Source: Antechinus flavipes (lineage: Eukaryota). Taken from it: a stretch of DNA of 64,000 nucleotides. Where the stretch lies: the NCBI RefSeq assembly GCF_016432865.1, contig NC_067403.1:261578001-261642000 (forward strand), read 5' to 3'. The position numbers and the translations under genes are program-made. Each line of letters starts with the position of its first letter. The first letter of the stretch is position 1. The notes below the pieces were generated by a model. It was given only the letters and a program-made list of their open reading frames with translations, ran no database searches and was not told the origin of the DNA. This document shows positions 1 through 10,354 of the stretch, one piece after another.

Positions 1-178
1 TTTGAGGGAAACCAGAACGTCACAGAATGGAGGAGCTAGTCCAACCGGGAATTCTAAGTGACGGACATGGAGGAGGGTGTGTTAGTTGGAGGGACTAGAG
101 ATGGAGCACCCTGCATGAAGATCAGAAAGAGCCATTTGGCCTGTGCTTGAAGACTTCCAAGAAGAGAGACCCAGTGAA

Positions 179-232
179 GTCAACAAGCCTTTATTATGCA
201 CCAACTCTGTGTCAGAACGTGGACACTGTGCT
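179..232 (-). mobile_element. Probable L2 LINE 3' tail fragment
   Basis: The reverse complement reads cacagagttggtgcataataaaggcttgttgac, resembling the L2 3' end motif (...gcttaataaatgcttgttgact). Confidence 0.4.
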
Positions 233-917
233 GGAGGTACATCTCCCACCGAGGAAAAAAAAGGTAAAAGCAGGGCTCGTCCTCCAAGTACTCAGAATCT
301 TCCGGGGCAAAGAACAAATTGGAGATCACCCCCAAGAGAAAGCACTTGTGTCAAAGAGGATCCAGAAAGTCTCTTACAGAAGAGCTGAGACTTGAAGAAT
401 CTGAGAGGTAGAGCTGAAGTGGAAGCTGTGGGGGAGACGGGAAGAGAGAGGTCAGGAAGCAGATCAGCACCACCAGACCCTGGAGAGCTCCCGAATGGAA
501 GATCCTGGTTTGCCCACATAAAGTTTAGAGCCCCCTGCTGAGCTCCCTGGACTGCCCCATCTTTCAGTAGAACCTCCCTTCCTGGCTAAATATTCCTGGC
601 ATGTCATAGAGGGAAATCTTGTACAGAGAACTCTCCCAACTGATGGCTCTTGAATCAAAACTGAATCTGTATGATGAGGATCCTCCTTCCTTTAGGCTGG
701 ACAGCTCCTTGCCCAAGGGGTTCCTCTTATAGCTCCCCTATGGCTCCTGCTTCAATCTCGAGGGGCTGGCTGTCAGGGTCCCCCTGAGCCTTCTCCTGGC
801 TAAGCATCTTGCACACCAGGAGCCCTTCCCCATCGTGGCTGTCCTCGTCTGGCTCACAGAGCATGCTCTCTGAGGCTCTTCCTTGGGGCTCCTTTGCAAA
901 TCCCCAAGCTTCCCAGG

Positions 918-1474
918 CTCCTTCTTTGCCTAATATATAATGGTTCTCTGGGAGCAGGTTTCTTGGGGAGGTTTTCTGGAGGCAGCCTTAGTTTTGGTTC
1001 CAAGTAATAATCACCACAAATGCAGCCAGGTGTTAAAATCCAAACGTTTATTTTCTCCTTCTTTGATTCCAAGAGCTCTTGAAGCTTGTCCTTTGCTTCT
1101 GCCTCTGCTTTCTTCAGCCTCCAGCCAGCACAAAGGTGGAAGATGGAATGAATCTGACTCCGCCTCTGAGAGTGGGCTTGTGGGCTTCTGTATCTCCCAG
1201 AGTGCTCTTTGGCCCTGAGAGCTTCTTGCTTATATGCTGTACTGAGTACACACCAATCATCAGATCACTGGGAAACCATTATTTGTTGTAGGATTAAATC
1301 AATTCTAAACTAGATTTAAACAATGTCTCCTCAATTCCACTTAGTACCTTGTTTCACGTTCTGGCCCAGAACATCTCCTCGTAGGATGAGATCAATTGCA
1401 CTGAACCAGGCTAAGTTAGGTAATTATTGTCTCTATCAACTCTAATGAGTTAACACTTTGTAAGGATTCCAACA
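918..1474 (-). mobile_element. Solo ERV LTR in an OSBPL5 intron
   Basis: On the - strand it begins tgttggaatccttacaaag. Homologous copies lie at about 50486, 51105-52038 and 56985-57636. Boundaries are approximate. Confidence 0.75.
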
Positions 1475-1817
1475 CTCGGTCCTGCTCCTCTTTTATCCAC
1501 AGCCAGTCTCGCTTTGAGACTGGCGAATGGGGGATCTGCCTAGCAACAGAGGGTGGAAGCTGCCATAATAGAAGGGAACCCCATAGAATAGAATAGAAGG
1601 AAACTGTCCCCCAATCAAACAGGCTGCCTCGGGTCGGGGCATTCTCCGCCCTCACCGGAGGTCTTCCAAGACACCTCACAAGGCGGCTTCCTCTTCCCTC
1701 TTCCTTGCCCCCTCCCCATCTTCTCCCCTTCCTGCCTGGGCAGAAACACTGAGAATCAGCTCTATTAAAGGGATTAGACAGGAGGTAGAAATAACCCTTC
1801 TTGCTCTGTGGTCCCAG

Positions 1818-2924
1818 ACTGTGAAAGTTCCTGCGCCCGATGTGGGAAGGAGAACCAGCATCTGAAGGAAATCCATACTGCAGTGTTGTCCCTACAGAAG
1901 GCCCAACAGGATATCCACAGGTGAGTGACCACCCTCAGCAGGATGCTGGTAAATATTTAACAACCGGCTTTTAAACACTCCCATACACAACCCACTTTAA
2001 TGAACATTTTCATCGCTTTTTAGTTAAATTTAGATCATACGCCTGGATTTGGCAGATGTAAAAGCTCACCTGAAAACTAACCAAGGAAGCCAGTGTGCAA
2101 TGCAATGGCTCCAACACCCCCTTCCCCGGTCCCGCAGGGACCTGCCCTAGACAGCCAGCTATGGCAAGTGAGCCGGGCCCCTTATGCAAGCCTGGTGACA
2201 GAGGAGGGGGGGGGACGATCGGGGACGCCGCCTGGTCCGGGCAAACCCAACCCAGCCAAGGAGGGAGGAAGAAGGTCCCAGGGGATTCAGTTCTGGGCCT
2301 TCATCCTTCCTAACTGCAGCCTCCCTGCTGCAGCATCTCGGTCGCTTCCTGGGCTTGAACCCGAGACTTCAGGTGTGAGGATGCCCTCCAGCAAGGCATT
2401 GGGAAGTCTCCTGTCTCTTGTGGTCTTGGGGAGTTACCCGAGAGGGAGGGTCCCAGAGCCGGCCCATGTCAGAGGAGCCTGACTCCAAAGCCTCCCCTCA
2501 CTACCGTGGCAGCGGTTCCTTAGCAAGTGGGCAGGGAAGGCTGGAGGGCAGTCGAGGTCACGGGTGCAGCACACGTAGGGGCCTTTCTTTGCATGGCCAG
2601 AGGCTGGCACCTAAGAGACTGACCCGCTCAGCCCTTGTCGGGCTGCCCACCGGGCAGGACTTTGGGCCTAAAGCGCTCCTGGGCGCCGGGCCCCGCCCTC
2701 CGCGAGTGGCACAAGCCAGCTGGGGGGCAGCAGCGGGGCAGAGGGAAGATGGGCCCCGCTCACCGGCGGCCTGCCTGTTCTTATGTTCCAGGAACCTCAC
2801 AGCTCTCAACAAAAAGTCTTTGTACAGGCGGGCACCAGGAAGCTTTCTGCACAGCTCACGCTGCTGGTTTCTACTCTGCGTGTTTCTGACGTGTCAACTG
2901 TTCATTAACTATGTCTTGAAATAA
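1818..2924 (+). CDS. OSBPL5: Oxysterol-binding protein-related protein 5 (ORP5), last two coding exons: 1818-1920 and 2792-2924
   Basis: cccag|AC...CACAG|gtgagt encodes (D)CESSCARCGKENQHLKEIHTAVLSLQKAQQDIH(R). It splices in phase 2 to ttccag|G NLTALNKKSLYRRAPGSFLHSSRCWFLLCVFLTCQLFINYVLK*. This matches the ORP5 C-terminal coiled coil and tail anchor (human ...SPRSWFLLCVFLACQLFINHILK, recalled). Upstream exons lie outside the window. Confidence 0.93.
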
Positions 2925-3950
2925 AAGCACTGTAGGGGCAGCAGCCCATGCACCTCCCTGCCGATGAACACTGCCCCCACCCCAGGAGCCCGCCCTGCAC
3001 GGGTGGGACCCCATCCAGGGAGGCTGGGCCCCAGGCCCCGGGCACCACTCCTGGGCAGCGGGTGCCCCTCAAGGGGGCACAGCCTTAATCGCTGAAGCCA
3101 AATGTAGCTTATCTGTGCACTTTGTTTCCTACGGCGGCTAGTCCTGGTCCGTCCGTCCGTCGTCCGTCTGCATCGCATGTGGTTCCTCCTCCAGTCCCCC
3201 ACCCTGAGCGTATGTGGGCTTCCCCCAGTTCTACCCAGACCCCCCGGGGCAGCAGGAAGGAGGAAAGCAAAGGGGACGGGAGCGGGCCTGGCCTGAGCGG
3301 GGCCTGCCGGCCGTCCTTTCCTCCGGCCGTCCTTTCCTCCGTCCTTCCTCCCCGATGAGGGACAGCCGTTTCCGGAAGTGCAGAGGACCAGCTCACCCCG
3401 TAGAGCTCCTAACGGTGCACGGTAATGCACAGTAATGGTGCCCTGCCCGCCCAGCGCCTCCCCCTCGGGAAGCCAGGACCGGGAAGCCCAGACCTGAGCC
3501 AGAGGAGGCTCCGCACTCAGAGCTGGCTGGGCCCCAAGCCAGGCGTGGGCTCTGCCGCCGGCCGGCCTGGGCCTCGGGATCCATGTAGCCCCTGCTCTGG
3601 GGGAGTGAGGAGGGAAGACCTCCCGGAGTGAGGGCCGGGCTGCCCCCTGCTGGGGCCCCAGAGCCGCTGCGCGGCCCCTCCCTGCTGGTAAGTCTTGTTT
3701 TCTACCGTTTAAGTGGCCATTCCCAAGTTCTGCCTCAGTCCAGGGAGCAAGTGTGGGGGGCGATGCGTGTGAGCACGCGTGAGTGAGCCGTGTCTGTCTG
3801 CGTCCGTCCGTCCGTGTCTCCGCTCGCACACTTGCTCAGCCCCAGCCGTTCTCAGCCGGCAGCCGTGCCCGGGCCAGACTGTGGGCACCTCATCGAGTCC
3901 GACCTGCGCCTCCTGCCTTTGGGGAAACGTGTTTCTGCTTGATAAGTGAC

Positions 3951-3956
3951 AATAAA
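3951..3956 (+). terminator. Likely OSBPL5 polyadenylation signal
   Basis: AATAAA about 1 kb after the stop codon, followed by a GT/T-rich stretch. Confidence 0.6.
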
Positions 3957-4078
3957 CTGACCTACCACCCTCGGTGTTCGTTTCTGGGGGCAATCGCTTG
4001 GGAGGCCACAGGGGGCCTTGGGGCGCCCGAGCCCCTCTCACACACAGCTCAGGCTCAAAAGGGGGCTTCTTTTTAGAC

Positions 4079-4084
4079 TTTATT
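4079..4084 (-). terminator. Likely ZNF511 polyadenylation signal
   Basis: tttatt on + (AATAAA on -), about 180 nt past the stop codon and tail-to-tail with the OSBPL5 signal. Confidence 0.65.
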
Positions 4085-4264
4085 TCGGGCTGGGGGCTTA
4101 ACAGGGAGAGGCACCTCAAAGGCAGCTCAGGATGGCCGCTAGCCTCCAGGGGCCTGTGCTAAAGACAGACGGACAGACAAAGGGTCCTCCTGGGCCCCTG
4201 CCCGGCGGGAGTCGGTCCACAGCTGCGGTGGGTCCTGCCTCCCGGGGTGGGGGCCCACGCGGGC

Positions 4265-5137
4265 TCAGCGCGGCTCACTCCTTTTCTTTGTGTTTTTAAA
4301 CCCTCGGGTGGCCCCTTGGCCGAAGCAAATGGTGGAGGGGATCCTGCGGTTCTGGGCGCGCGGCTTCTCGGGGGCGGCCTCGGCGGGGCACACCTCCATG
4401 GCCTCCTCGCCCGCGGCCGGCCGGCCGGGCCCCCGGGCCTTGCGGGGCTGGTCGAAGCGGAAGTCGGGCGGGTAGCGGTGGGCGCGCACCAGGTGCTCCT
4501 TGCGCTCGCCGCTGCTGCGGAACTTGGCGGGGCAGCCCTCCACCAGGCACTGGTGCATGCTCTGCCGCTCGGCCAGGAGCTGGAAGAGCGAGTCGTGCCA
4601 CTCGAGGATGTGCACGTCCAGCAGGTGCGCCGACGGGAAGGAGCGCCGGCACACGGAGCACACGTGCGTGTGCAGCGTCCGGTAGTGGTGCTCGTAGCCC
4701 TCGAGGCTGGCGAACTCCTGCTGGCAGCCGGCCACGTGGCAGCCGAAGGTCGCCACGAGGGGGCGCTCGGGCACCTGGCAGACCTGAGTGATGACATCCT
4801 GCAAGTAGGCGTGCCTCTGCACATCCCCGTCCTGTGGAGCACAAGCGAGTGAGGCCCCCTCATTCAGCCCCGCCCTCGCCCCTTCTTCCAGAAGCAGGCC
4901 CCGCTCTAATCAAGAAAGGTCCCACCCCTCAGACTCGCTTCCGCCCCGGACCCCGCCCCGACCGCACGTGACCTCGAACAACGGGTGTCCCCGGGGCAGG
5001 CACTGGGTCCGCGGCGCGAAGCGAAAGGGGGCGGCCCCGGCGGCCGGGTGGCGGAGCACGGGCAGCGGGAGCGACTCGGAAAGGCTCCCGGCTGGGGCCG
5101 GGCCCAGGCGACCCTCCAGCCCCGGCGGCAGCTGCAT
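4265..5137 (-). CDS. ZNF511: Zinc finger protein 511, two exons (5137-4973 and 4831-4265), 243 aa
   Basis: MQLPPGLEGRL...AAGAAPFRFAPR...HPLFE | 141-bp GT-AG phase-0 intron (4972-4832) | DGDVQRHAYLQDV...HILEWHDSLFQLLAERQ...HRYPPDFRFD...RIPSTICFGQGATRGFK. It has three C2H2-type fingers and the ORF is intact. Confidence 0.95.
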
Positions 5138-5139
5138 CC

Positions 5140-6020
5140 TATTCCGGAGCCGGGGGCGGGGCTTAAGGCAGGGGCGTATGGGTGACGCAACTTCCTGCCC
5201 AGGAGCCACTTCCGGGTTGTGGCTCGCCCGAAGCGGGGCGCCGAGGGTGCTACTGCGGTCGTGCCGGGGCTGGGAGGAGTTCGGACACTGTCCTCCGCCT
5301 TCTCCTGCTTCCCCGACTCCCCAGAAGGGAAGAATTAGAGGCGAGTTTGAACCCCCCCCCCCCGCTCCCTGCGCGATACTCGCCTCTGACCTCCGACCTC
5401 CGTGACCCGCGGGTGGGGAACAAATCTGAAACAGTCTCACCTCGCTTTTGGAGGGGGAAGGGAGGAGGGTTAGCCGGTAGTCCCTCCTGACCCGCCACCC
5501 CAGGGCCGCTCCTCCCCAGCAACAGATGAGTAAAGTGAGGCGGCGGGTGGGAGACTAGGAGGAGCCATTGTGCCCAGTGCGCTTCGGCACCACCGCCTTC
5601 CGGAGGCCTTCCCAGACCAGCGCCTGCCTCTGCCTCCCCCTCCCAGCACCGGGCAGAGACCCGGTCCTGAACAAAGCACCGAAGGGCCCGAGGAACGGGG
5701 ACCCCGCGGGGCAAAGGCGCCCACGCGCGCCCGGCTGCCGGGCTGTGAGAAGGGCCGAAAAGCTGGGTTTCCACGGTGTTTGCAGGCTTTGAGGTGTGTG
5801 GGACGGTGGGTACCGCTGACCTAGAGGTTAAGGAAGGTTAGGGTTCGCTGAACAATTAAGGGACTACTAGAAGTCTTGCGCAAATGGGGGGGCGGGGCGG
5901 GGCGCGCGCTAGGAAAACACAGGTGGATTCAGCCCATCAGAAAGTCTTGTGGTTTTGGGAAAACCTCCAGCCCGAACCAACTAAATCCCTACTGCGCGTG
6001 CGCAACAGACTAAGTGACTT
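5140..6020. promoter_or_regulatory. CpG-island promoter of ZNF511
   Basis: CpG-dense, with an ETS/GABP motif (ccacttccggg, ~5207), TGACGCAA (~5183), GC boxes (~5890) and an NRF1-like tgcgcgtgcgca (~5994). Confidence 0.7.
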
Positions 6021-6339
6021 TTAAACACCTCACCCCAGAGGAGGCGTTTTCTACCATTTTTTTTTAACACGGGCCGTATGATAGGAGAGGGGGGCGCATG
6101 AGTCAGAAAGTGTAACCAGGATAAAAGGGACCCATCCAGTCTCTGAAGGGAAGAGCTGTGTCCCCATTTCTGTGCTCAGTGCTCCCTCCCGAGAAGTGCG
6201 CCCCCTTCTGGCCAGAAATGTTCAGATGATTCCTTAAGATTCTTTAACAAGTTTTCTTGCCATCCCATTTTCAGTGTCGAGTATTATTCCTAACAGAGCC
6301 GTCCTCCCGCACTCCCCCTGGCAGAAGCAGCCCAGCGTA

Positions 6340-6800
6340 CCCTGGACACCACGTTTCTTACAAACATGTTTCCGTGTTAGGAGAAAAGAGGAAAAAATGG
6401 CGTAGATGCCACAGTGTATCCAGCCTCGGTTCCCACAATCCTCTGGGTGCAGAGGGCTCTGTCTGTCTCAGGACCGGCAGTCTGGCACCAGCCACCTCAC
6501 TGCTGCAAAGAGAATTGATCATTGTAGTCTTGTTGCCGTGTGCATGATCTGGTTCTGCCCAGTTCCCTCAGCGTCAGTCCCCGTCAGTCCCCCCAGGCCT
6601 CTGAAATCCTCCTCCTGGTCGTTTCTTACAGAACAGAATTACTCGGTGACATCCAGGTACCACCCTTTATTCAGCTGATGGGCATCCCCTCGGTTCCCAG
6701 TTTTTTGCCACCCCTAACACTTTTGCACATGCGGGTCCCTTGTTCCTTTAAGATCTTTGGGATTCAGGCCCAGTAGAATCACTGCTGAATCAAAGGGGTG
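6340..6800 (-). mobile_element. Degraded L1 fragment (end of ORF2 and 3' UTR)
   Basis: Aligns by eye with the L1 copy at 34050-34280 (ctggtc.tttcttacagaaca...gatgggcatcc). Confidence 0.7.
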
Positions 6801-6803
6801 TTG

Positions 6804-6923
6804 GCTGGCCCTTTGGGCACGTTCCAGATCCCGCTGGCCCTTTGGGCACGTTCCAGATCCCGCTGGCCCTTTGGGCACGTTCCAGATCCCGCTGGCCCTT
6901 TGGGCATGTTCCAGATCCCGCTC
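6804..6923. repeat. 29-bp tandem repeat, 4 copies
   Basis: Unit gctggccctttgggcacgttccagatccc starts at 6804, 6833, 6862 and 6891. Confidence 0.95.
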
Positions 6924-7329
6924 CAGAATTCCTCTGAGGTTCCCAGACAATCCTCCAGATGTGTCCAGAGTCAGCAATGCCTTCACATTCCACCTCTAGG
7001 ATACTAATTTTCCATTAGGCTGAACCACACCCTAAGCCCCAAATACACCCTCAGAACTTACCCCACCCCATTCCTCATAAAGGAACCCAGCTGGTGACGA
7101 CCTTGTCCCCTTCCACTGGGATTCTTGGCACGAAGGGCCAAATGGCCCGAATAAAAGGGTGTCCCCGATGGCCAAGAACAGGCTCCAGACCAGGCCTTGC
7201 TCCCTCCATCGGGAGCCACACTGGCTCCTCCTCCTAAAGGAATGAAGCTTTCCTGCTTCCCCTGCACTCAGGGGAGACTGGGTGTCTGCCCTTACTCTCC
7301 ATGCTCCGGTGCTCCCAGATCACAGAAAG

Positions 7330-7690
7330 ATCCAGCCCAACCAGGAGATCACGGCCCCCGGCAACAAGGAGACTATCCCAGGCTCGATTGTGGTCATCGC
7401 TGAGATGATTCGGGCCAGCTCCAACGGTCTGCACCAGGGAGGGCTCTGGGAACTGGCTGTGGATGCAACAGCACTCTCACTCTTGTTTGTTTGCATGTTG
7501 TTCTTCCTCGGTTTGATTTGATTTTTCTTGTGCAACAAGGTAATTGTGTAAATATGGATGCACGTATCAGATGTGACATTTCTACCATGTTTAGCATCTA
7601 CTGGACTGTTAGCCACATTTGGCCGGGGTGGAATTGGAACACAAGGTTCCAGGGGTTAAAACTCGCCTGTTTTTAATAATAAAAAGCATT
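7330..7690 (+). mobile_element. Degraded L1 3' end
   Basis: Marsupial-type L1 3' UTR (tttttcttgtgcaacaag...ttggaacacaagg...aataataaaaaa). Confidence 0.65.
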
Positions 7691-10354
7691 TGTGAAGTCC
7701 TTGGGCCCCAGCCTGCCCTTTCCCCTGCATTTACCAAAGCATCTCCCATCTCCACCCATGGCATCAGGTCCTGTTTTTATCTCCCCATTTTTCCGGGCTC
7801 TGTGCCCACAACTGAGGGTGTGCACTCCCCACATGGATTGTGGAACGGCCTCCCATTGGCCTCCCCTGCTTGGAGGCACATCTGGCGCCTTACGGGATCC
7901 TGTAGTTCCTTAGTTAATAAGGAAGTCATTGGCTTTCCCAGCCTCCCCCTCCTCGTGAGTGACCCAAGCTCACTCCCACCCCTCCTTGCCTTAGGACTGT
8001 CCTTCCCCCTCTTCCTTAGCCACAGGAAACCTTCCCTTCTTCAGGCCTTGTTCACTCACTCCCGGGTCAGGGTTTCTGGTCTTCTATTAGAGTTATTCCA
8101 TCCCTCCACCTTGTATCCCGGGTACTTAGCACAAGGGAGTTCCCAGTGGCCCTGGCCCTAGGAGGGTGCAACGGTCCCAGAAGAGCCAGGGGTCATACAG
8201 GAGTCCTGCCCCCCACCCCCCTCAGACATCCTCCCCGCCAAACTGCCAAAGTTCAGAGACCTCCGGAAAGAGGCAGAGCAGAGCAGGGTCGGGAGTCCAG
8301 AGCTGGAAGGAGGCCTGAGGAGCGGCCCCGGTGTGTCCCATTGGACAGCCTGGAGAAGCTTCCGGTGGGCGGGGCCTGCTGGCGTGAGCCCTGACCCAGA
8401 AGCCCCCCTGCTCCCTGGGGCAAGCCCAGAAGGATTAGAAGGGGCCACGCGGCCTTGGGTTCTAGTGGGCTTGATTTCAGCCGGCTCCCTTCTGGGGCAA
8501 GTCTGCCCTTTGGGAACATGTCTGAGTCTACGATTTCTTTTGAGCCAACCAGCCACAATGGCCCATTTCCCAGTATACTTCTGGGGTATCACCCGCACCC
8601 CAACATTTCAGTGGCCTGCTGTGGGGAGTCTGACTGCACCCCGGCCCCTTCACAGGGCTGTCCTGGGCTCCCATGGCCCCCCTTCTCCTGACACTGCCGC
8701 AGGCCCTTCCCACGGAAGGGAACTTCTCGAGCCCTCGCTGCTTTCCGAGGTCAGTGGCTTTTGTCCCCCAGCAGAGAGCGGGGCTCAGACACCCTGTGTA
8801 AGGACCGGCCGGCAGGGAGACCTCCATGGCCCTGGGGCCCCGACAGGCTGGGGAGCTACCTTAAGGCCCTAGGGGCGCCCACCATCCTACTACACAAAGG
8901 AAGGGCTGTTTCCAAAGAGCAGCAGCTCGCCCTCCGACCCGGACCAGAAGCCCTGGAGGAGGAGGAGTGACTCCGGGGGAGCAGCCAGGTCTGTGTGGCC
9001 ACCTCAGTAGCCCCCGCTCCCCGGGCAGTTCCAGTCTCACCGGTTAACAGTTCTGGGACAGAGAGGGCCAAGGCGAGGCAGCCCCCAACTGGAAGGTGCC
9101 AGGGGGAGGGGAAGGCCATCTCAAGGGACAGGAAGGCGTGCCCTGGAGGGGGCCAAAGTGTGGAGACCCTGGCAAGGACTCAATACGGGAGGGTTCGGGC
9201 CTCTAGGCCCAGACAGAGCGACGGAAAAAGCATTTAGGGACCGTGCTAAGAGTGCAAGGGGAAGAAGCAAGTGTCCTCGGGGGAAGGGCCGGGGCCAGGC
9301 TCAGACAGCTGGGAGCCCGCCCCATCCCCCCGTCAGTGATGGGCTCCTCACACATGGCCGTTGTCACATGGTAAAAACTGGGTTTGGGGCCGGCTGCGGG
9401 AATCCCCTGCTATTCCAGGGCTCTCACGTCCTGCTGAGAGCTTGTGTCTTCGGGCAGCAGTGGTCAAGGACTCCTGGGTCCCGGGACCAGCACAGGGCGC
9501 TCCCTGCCCTTCAGCTACCTCCCGGTGGGAACTTAAGCCCCTCGTTTCATTCATTTGCCCTTTCTGCTTCACGATGAAGGATCCGGACGGGACCAGCCCC
9601 AAGACGCCTTCAAGCTCCCACCTCCCATTACCGGGGAAGAGAATGACCAACCTTGTCCCGGGCAAAATACACGGAAGGTGTGTGTTCTGTCTCCTAATGA
9701 GTCAAAGAGGAAAAACTGCCTGACTCCTTCCTAGGGAAAGTTTCCCTCTTCGGGTTTCCTTAAACCAAAGGCTCAGTGGAAAGAGGCGACTCCTTCCCCG
9801 AGACACCTGGGAGAGCCCCAGGGACCCCTCTGAGCCCAGGCTTTCCCTTCGAGCTTCCCAGCCCGGGCCTTGGCTGCTCCTGGCTTTCGTGGGACGGAAA
9901 GTGAACAAACGGGTCCGCGGCAGGAAACCTCGGGTGTATTTACAGAGAGACACAAATACAGCTGGGAGACCCAGCCTCGGGGCACAACGCTGGTGAGGAA
10001 AGAGCTGGATTCCAATCCTGCCTTCTAGGACCCGGCTCTGAAGCATGGGGAAGGTGCAGAAGCTCCCCGGACCTCGGCTTCTTCCCAGCAAGATTCAAAT
10101 CACACACCGTGAGGGTGACGGACCCCAGTGGGGCCGCAGGGGAGGGTGAGCCACCGATACCGTTTGTGGAAAAGGGAGGAGCCGGGGGATCACTGCTATT
10201 GCCACCAAGGAGCCAGCTGGGACAGGACCACGTGAGCTGGCAGGACCAGGGTTCACCGGAGAGGACCCTGAGCCCACCCTTCCCGGGCCTTGGGCAGGAG
10301 AGGGGGAGTTCCGCCCCTCCCCCTCCCTGGCGTTTCTGGGAGTCCTACCCCCAG

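Noticed and set aside
2093-2482. ORF in phase with the OSBPL5 penultimate exon via an AG at 2319
   Set aside because: The acceptor at 2791 gives the recognisable ORP5 tail anchor, whereas this ORF has no homology. At most it is a minor splice variant.
4159-4863. Overlapping alternative-frame and antisense ORFs on ZNF511
   Set aside because: They are shadows of high GC3 codon usage.
6804-6923. CRISPR-like array (29-bp repeats)
   Set aside because: The units are head-to-tail with no unique spacers, and the context is eukaryotic.
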